A DNA stretch of 32,000 nucleotides, taken from Promethearchaeota archaeon (GTDB lineage Archaea; Asgardarchaeota; Thorarchaeia; Thorarchaeales; Thorarchaeaceae). Under the pieces are notes generated by a model, which saw only the letters and a program-made list of their open reading frames with translations, did no database searches and was not told the origin of the DNA. The stretch is from positions 52,925-84,924 of the forward strand of contig JALVPN010000165.1 in NCBI GenBank assembly GCA_027031765.1, in the 5' to 3' direction. A program made the position numbers and the translations under genes. This document shows positions 27,954 to 32,000 of this stretch, piece after piece; the stretch's first letter is position 1, and each line of letters begins with the position of its first letter.

Positions 27954-28823
27954 CTAGCGTGACCGTGCCCTGGAACGGGTATAGTAGTAGAGGTACTCCT
28001 GCGCGTAGCCCGCATAGCGGCCGAAGTATTCACGGGCCATCCTTGTCTTCGCCGCGTACCCCCGTCCCCGACCTGTGAACAGTGCGTAGTGCTCTTGGAC
28101 TACCCGTTCAATCCACACATCGATGGGGAATGCCTCAAGGAACCCCAGTGAGAAGAGGCACACACAGTCCGCGACCTTGTCCCCAACCCCATGGAACATC
28201 TTGAGTGCCCGGTGTGCCCCCTCGTACCCAAGTGCTCTGAGGGCCTGGGCATCAGTCCCGCTCTCCTGCAGGGCCCTGCTGGTCTTCAGGATGAAGTCCG
28301 CGCGCCAGCCCAGGCCCAGTGCCCTGAGCTCGGCCGGCGGGATCCGGAGCACTGACTCTATGTCTGGCATCCCATGGTATGTCCTGCCATCGAGCTCGTA
28401 GGTGGGGCCGTACTTCTCGCGGAGCCTCTGGGTGGTCCTGTAGATGTTCGGTATGTTGTTCCTGATGGAGCACAGGAACGACACGAGACATGGGTAGAAC
28501 GGGTCCGAGACTATCCGCAGTCCTGGTGCAAAGGCGATGCACTCTCGCATGAAGTCGTCCTTGGAGATTTCCCTCTGGATTTCGGTGAGGGGGTCGTCAA
28601 GCCTGAACATCCTCTTGAGGGACACGTCAGACTCCGATGTGATGTAGTGCAGCCGGTCACCCCGTTGCTCGACGTACACGGCCTGTCCCACATCGGTGTT
28701 AATGTACCCGTGCTCCTCTGGTCGCCAGCAGAAGGTCTGGCCACACTCAAGGGTGTCGTGCAGGTCGAACATGCTGACACGGAGGCTGCGCATGGACTGG
28801 GCACTCTCGTACAGGTCTTGCAT
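27954..28823 (-). CDS. ogg1: 8-oxoguanine DNA glycosylase/AP lyase (OGG_N plus HhH-GPD)
   Basis: TLECGQTFCW, LGLGWRA, HhH GVGDKVADCVCLFSLG, FPIDVWI, GRYAGYAQEYLY. Confidence 0.9.
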   Translation of the reverse strand: MQDLYESAQSMRSLRVSMFDLHDTLECGQTFCWRPEEHGYINTDVGQAVYVEQRGDRLHYITSESDVSLKRMFRLDDPLTEIQREISKDDFMRECIAFAPGLRIVSDPFYPCLVSFLCSIRNNIPNIYRTTQRLREKYGPTYELDGRTYHGMPDIESVLRIPPAELRALGLGWRADFILKTSRALQESGTDAQALRALGYEGAHRALKMFHGVGDKVADCVCLFSLGFLEAFPIDVWIERVVQEHYALFTGRGRGYAAKTRMAREYFGRYAGYAQEYLYYYTRSRARSR

Positions 28824-28832
28824 CCGCTGTGC

Positions 28833-30833
28833 TCAGGACTCCCTGCTCTGTTCAAGCCGTCTATAGTGTCGGTATTTCAACAGGCTGAAGATGCCCATCA
28901 GCGATGCCAGTGTGAGGACTGTGACTGGTGCCAGCATGGCCAGCCAGTGTACCCGTGGGTCCCAGTCGATGCCGTCTGGTATCCAGTCACCATCGGTATC
29001 GGCACTGTCTGGTCGCATGCATGATTCGACCTCGTATGCGTCTCCCCATCCATCATGGTCCGTATCATTGCTGGTCGGGTCAAGTCCGTTCAGGAGCTCG
29101 AACAGGTCGGTCAGTGAGTCGCCGTCCGAGTCTGAGGAGCGCGGGTCCATGCCCATTGACACCTCAAGGGAGTCTGATACCCCGTCGTAGTCGGTGTCTG
29201 CCAGCCGGGGGTCTGTATGGTACACCATCACTTCGTCATAGTCGTCCAGCGAGTCGCCGTCTGTGTCAGACGACTTCGGGTTGGTTCCTAGGGCCGCTTC
29301 GAGTCCATCGAGCAGGCCGTCACCATCCGTGTCGTTGCACACTGGATTCGACCCACTGACATACTCCTCATAGTCTGTCGCACCATCGTCGTCAGTGTCG
29401 TTGTTCTTCGGGTCAGAGCCCAGTGCCAGTTCTAGGTCGTCGCTCAACTGGTCATCGTCGGTGTCGGTATTGAAGGTGTCAAGTCCGAGTCGTTTCTCCT
29501 GGGTGTCTGATAGCGTGTCACCGTCACAGTCCGAAAGATATGTGTCCACTATCTGGACTGTAATGTTAGTGGTACCGGTGTTCTGGATATGCACCACGAA
29601 GACGCCCGGGCTCTGTACTAGGTACTTCATCACCAGCACTCCACTGCTTGATGTCCTGTAGTAGACGGTCTCGGAGTCTGATGCCCTGACAATCTCCCCG
29701 CCAACAGTGCCCGGTCCCGTCCATGTTGCTGTCACATTGAAGTACCAGCGGTACGATACCACGGTCGGCAGCAGCGTTTCAGAGCCGGCGGTCAGCCGGG
29801 CAGTCCTGTAGTGGTGTGCGGTACTGCCACTGCCAACAGCTCCAAGGTACACCGTCAGGCACACCGCAGAAGCAACAGCCTCAAGGGCCTTGTTGAAGTT
29901 GTAGTCCGCATTGTCCCATGTGTCCTGCCCGGTGCCACTGTACTGGTCCGGGAAGTACCCCTGTGCGATATGTACTGCTGGGAGTCCTCTCCGCCACATC
30001 TCTCTGGCCAGAGAGACGTCTGCGACCCCAAGGTCTGGGACACGATAGAGCCTCCCTTTCCCCATGGTTTCTGCAGCCACCACCATCAGGTCTGCCGCCC
30101 ACTCGCCCCTCTGGTAGTCTGACGAGGTCTGTGTACGCAATGCGACCTGTGTCCCACCGGGATACCCGCTCCTGTGGAATAGGAGCCTGTCAAAGGATAC
30201 GGTCATGAACACATTGACACCTCCTGTGATCAGCCAGTCTACAAATGCCTGGGCGGCCGGATCGTCCTCGGGGCTGGTGCGTCCGGCGGTGCTGAGGACA
30301 TAGTACACATCGAACGGCAGTGCATGTGCGTTGAGGGCCGCTGCTGCCTCAAGGACTGCCGCTGCGCTCACGGCAACATCGTTGGCCCCTGGCGAGTCGT
30401 CAGAGTCCAGTACCCCACTGATTATGAATGCTGGCCTGGGTTCTTCGAGAGTGCCCTGTTTGACCGCGTACAACACCCCGAAGTCGGTTGCCTGGTGGAA
30501 CACGACCTCACCCCCGGTAGCCGCACTCAGTGTGCTATTCGCCCAGGTGTACGCAGCGGCGAGCTGCTCACTAGGAGTCATGTTGAATGTGTTCCACAGG
30601 CGTCCCGGGTACCCTTCGGACAACTCCCTGGTCTTCTGGACCAGCCCATCTACGGACATGCCCTCCCACACCTCCTCCCACAGTGCGGTGATGTTGATAC
30701 CCCCATCACTGCTCAGGGTCATGTCCAGCACCGGTATGGTTGTGGTATATGGGGTCCGGGCAGGATGCGTTACCGGGAGTGCCACCGCAAAGACCAACAG
30801 CCCGACCAGCAGGACCCGACAGTGTGGCCTCAC
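28833..30833 (-). CDS. Surface protein: signal peptide, degenerate M28-peptidase-like domain, beta-sandwich, 9 DxDxDG Ca-binding (TSP3-like) repeats, C-terminal TM
   Basis: IISGVLDS…PGANDVAVSAAAVLEAA; DTDGDGLLD-type units with ~22-aa period; TM LASLMGIFSLLKYR. Confidence 0.85.
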   Translation of the reverse strand: MRPHCRVLLVGLLVFAVALPVTHPARTPYTTTIPVLDMTLSSDGGINITALWEEVWEGMSVDGLVQKTRELSEGYPGRLWNTFNMTPSEQLAAAYTWANSTLSAATGGEVVFHQATDFGVLYAVKQGTLEEPRPAFIISGVLDSDDSPGANDVAVSAAAVLEAAAALNAHALPFDVYYVLSTAGRTSPEDDPAAQAFVDWLITGGVNVFMTVSFDRLLFHRSGYPGGTQVALRTQTSSDYQRGEWAADLMVVAAETMGKGRLYRVPDLGVADVSLAREMWRRGLPAVHIAQGYFPDQYSGTGQDTWDNADYNFNKALEAVASAVCLTVYLGAVGSGSTAHHYRTARLTAGSETLLPTVVSYRWYFNVTATWTGPGTVGGEIVRASDSETVYYRTSSSGVLVMKYLVQSPGVFVVHIQNTGTTNITVQIVDTYLSDCDGDTLSDTQEKRLGLDTFNTDTDDDQLSDDLELALGSDPKNNDTDDDGATDYEEYVSGSNPVCNDTDGDGLLDGLEAALGTNPKSSDTDGDSLDDYDEVMVYHTDPRLADTDYDGVSDSLEVSMGMDPRSSDSDGDSLTDLFELLNGLDPTSNDTDHDGWGDAYEVESCMRPDSADTDGDWIPDGIDWDPRVHWLAMLAPVTVLTLASLMGIFSLLKYRHYRRLEQSRES

Positions 30834-32000
30834 TGGTCTGTCACCTCCATTCGCAGGTACTTGTGCCTCTTGTAGAGCAGCACTGCTATCACCACCACTG
30901 CCACGACTGCCAGTGTCAGCCGTGGTACTAGCACCATCCAGTGCTCTGTTGGTGCCCAGTCCGAGGCATCGGGCAACCCGTCGGTGTCAGTGTCATTTGA
31001 GAAGGGGTTCATGCCGTTCTCAATCTCGTACGAGTCGGTAAGCCCGTCGTCGTCAGTGTCCACATCCCACGGGTCAAGACCGTTGACATACTCGAAGAGG
31101 TCGTCCAAATGGTCGCCATCAGAGTCCCTTGCCGTGGGTGATGTCTGGGTCTCCGACACCTCTTGGAGGTCGCTCAGGCCATCACCGTCAGTGTCCCAGT
31201 CTGTGGGCGATGTGTTGAGGTCCAGCTCCTCTGCGTCTGCTATCCCATCGTTGTCGGTGTCGTTCGTCAGTGGTGACGTCCCGAGCTGTACCTCAAAATA
31301 ATCACTCAGTGTATCATTGTCCGTATCGACCACAAGTGGTGACGTCCCGAGCTGCACTTCCTCATAGTCCGAGAGGTTGTCGTGGTCGGTGTCGACAAGG
31401 TTGGGTGATGTCCCGATGCTCTGTTCGAACGGGTCTGTGAGGTTATCGAAGTCCGTGTCGCGGGCCAGCGAGTCTGAGCCGAACTGGTACTCCTCGTAGT
31501 CGTCAAGACCGTCCTGGTCAATGTCGTACCAGTGCGTAATGGTGAACTGGACTGATGCTTCCGACAGCTCCTCGTTGACCAGCCGGGCCTTGTAGACCCC
31601 TTCCAGTCCTTGGGTGAGTGTGATGTTGATTGACCCGTGCGTGCTTGACTGAGTCGTTATTTCGTGCCCGCTCGGTGAGTCCACTGAGACTGTAAGGCGA
31701 GTGACCCCGTTCCATGTTATCCTGACATCGGTCTGAGACTTGCCGATTATCCCAAAGTACAGGTATGAGGTGGTGTTCTCGGGGATTACGAACTCGTACC
31801 GGATTTCGGGGGCCTGACCATATCCGACACGCCCCATCATCACGACCATGGAGCATGCAACACCGATGGCCTCCCTGAGCACTGCGTAGTGGAACCGACT
31901 GGCATCCCAGACGTCCTGGTCGGTTCCAGAATAGTAGTAGTCGAGGTACGACTGGGCGAGTACGAGTGCCAGCACTCCCCTGTTCTCAGCCTCGTATGCA
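30830..32000 (-). CDS. Paralog of 28833-30833 (5' end outside the window)
   Basis: Frame is open to the window edge. QSYLDYYYSGTDQDVWD matches QGYFPDQYSGTGQDTWD. Nine DxDxD repeats and a C-terminal TM. Its stop overlaps the next start. Confidence 0.88.
   Translation of the reverse strand, partial: AYEAENRGVLALVLAQSYLDYYYSGTDQDVWDASRFHYAVLREAIGVACSMVVMMGRVGYGQAPEIRYEFVIPENTTSYLYFGIIGKSQTDVRITWNGVTRLTVSVDSPSGHEITTQSSTHGSINITLTQGLEGVYKARLVNEELSEASVQFTITHWYDIDQDGLDDYEEYQFGSDSLARDTDFDNLTDPFEQSIGTSPNLVDTDHDNLSDYEEVQLGTSPLVVDTDNDTLSDYFEVQLGTSPLTNDTDNDGIADAEELDLNTSPTDWDTDGDGLSDLQEVSETQTSPTARDSDGDHLDDLFEYVNGLDPWDVDTDDDGLTDSYEIENGMNPFSNDTDTDGLPDASDWAPTEHWMVLVPRLTLAVVAVVVIAVLLYKRHKYLRMEVTDQ

Noticed and set aside
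28833-32000. Regularly spaced DNA repeats considered as a CRISPR-like array
   Set aside because: They are in-frame coding DxDxDG protein repeats with synonymous variation, with no unique spacers and no cas genes.
1-32000. Numerous antisense or overlapping track ORFs (e.g. 10390-10953, 21290-21799, 21960-22538, 28374-29024, 30331-31041)
   Set aside because: Shadows of well-supported genes on the opposite strand, typical of GC-rich coding DNA.

Overview
Archaeal chromosomal segment, judged from PriL, a HerA/NurA-type pair, an archaeal AAA ATPase-DUF234 protein, AspRS-derived AsnA and GGTGA/GGAGGTG-type ribosome-binding sites. The many C-terminally anchored, NxS/T-rich surface proteins and small Zn-ribbon genes suggest an Asgard (Thorarchaeia-like) host, which is inference only. 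No rRNA, tRNA, CRISPR array or intact mobile element was seen. The window has three zones. (1) 0.6-4.7 kb: a CPBP/Abi intramembrane protease gene overlapping (ATGA) a gene for a receptor-like protein (export signal, beta-propeller, TM helix, cytoplasmic Schlafen/AlbA_2 domain), divergent from an ATPase-nuclease gene. This is the best candidate for an undescribed system. (2) ~4.8-13.2 kb: a lesion-rich zone with a tyrosine-recombinase remnant, a broken NYN gene, a ~1.5-kb-period tandem duplication of a transglutaminase/surface-protein operon, a C9 tract that puts the transglutaminase signal peptide out of frame, an OsmC gene with an internal TAG, and a HerA-to-Mut7-C deletion junction. (3) 13.3-32 kb: apparently intact genes, namely an SRA-PD-(D/E)XK nuclease, a beta-class DNA methyltransferase, Lrp/AsnA, a PD-(D/E)XK protein with a 63-bp internal duplication, ABC transporter genes, DUF763, DUF3795, PriL, an 8-oxoG glycosylase, and tandem degenerate-M28/Ca-binding-repeat membrane proteins. 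All family calls come from motif recognition by eye; no searches were run.
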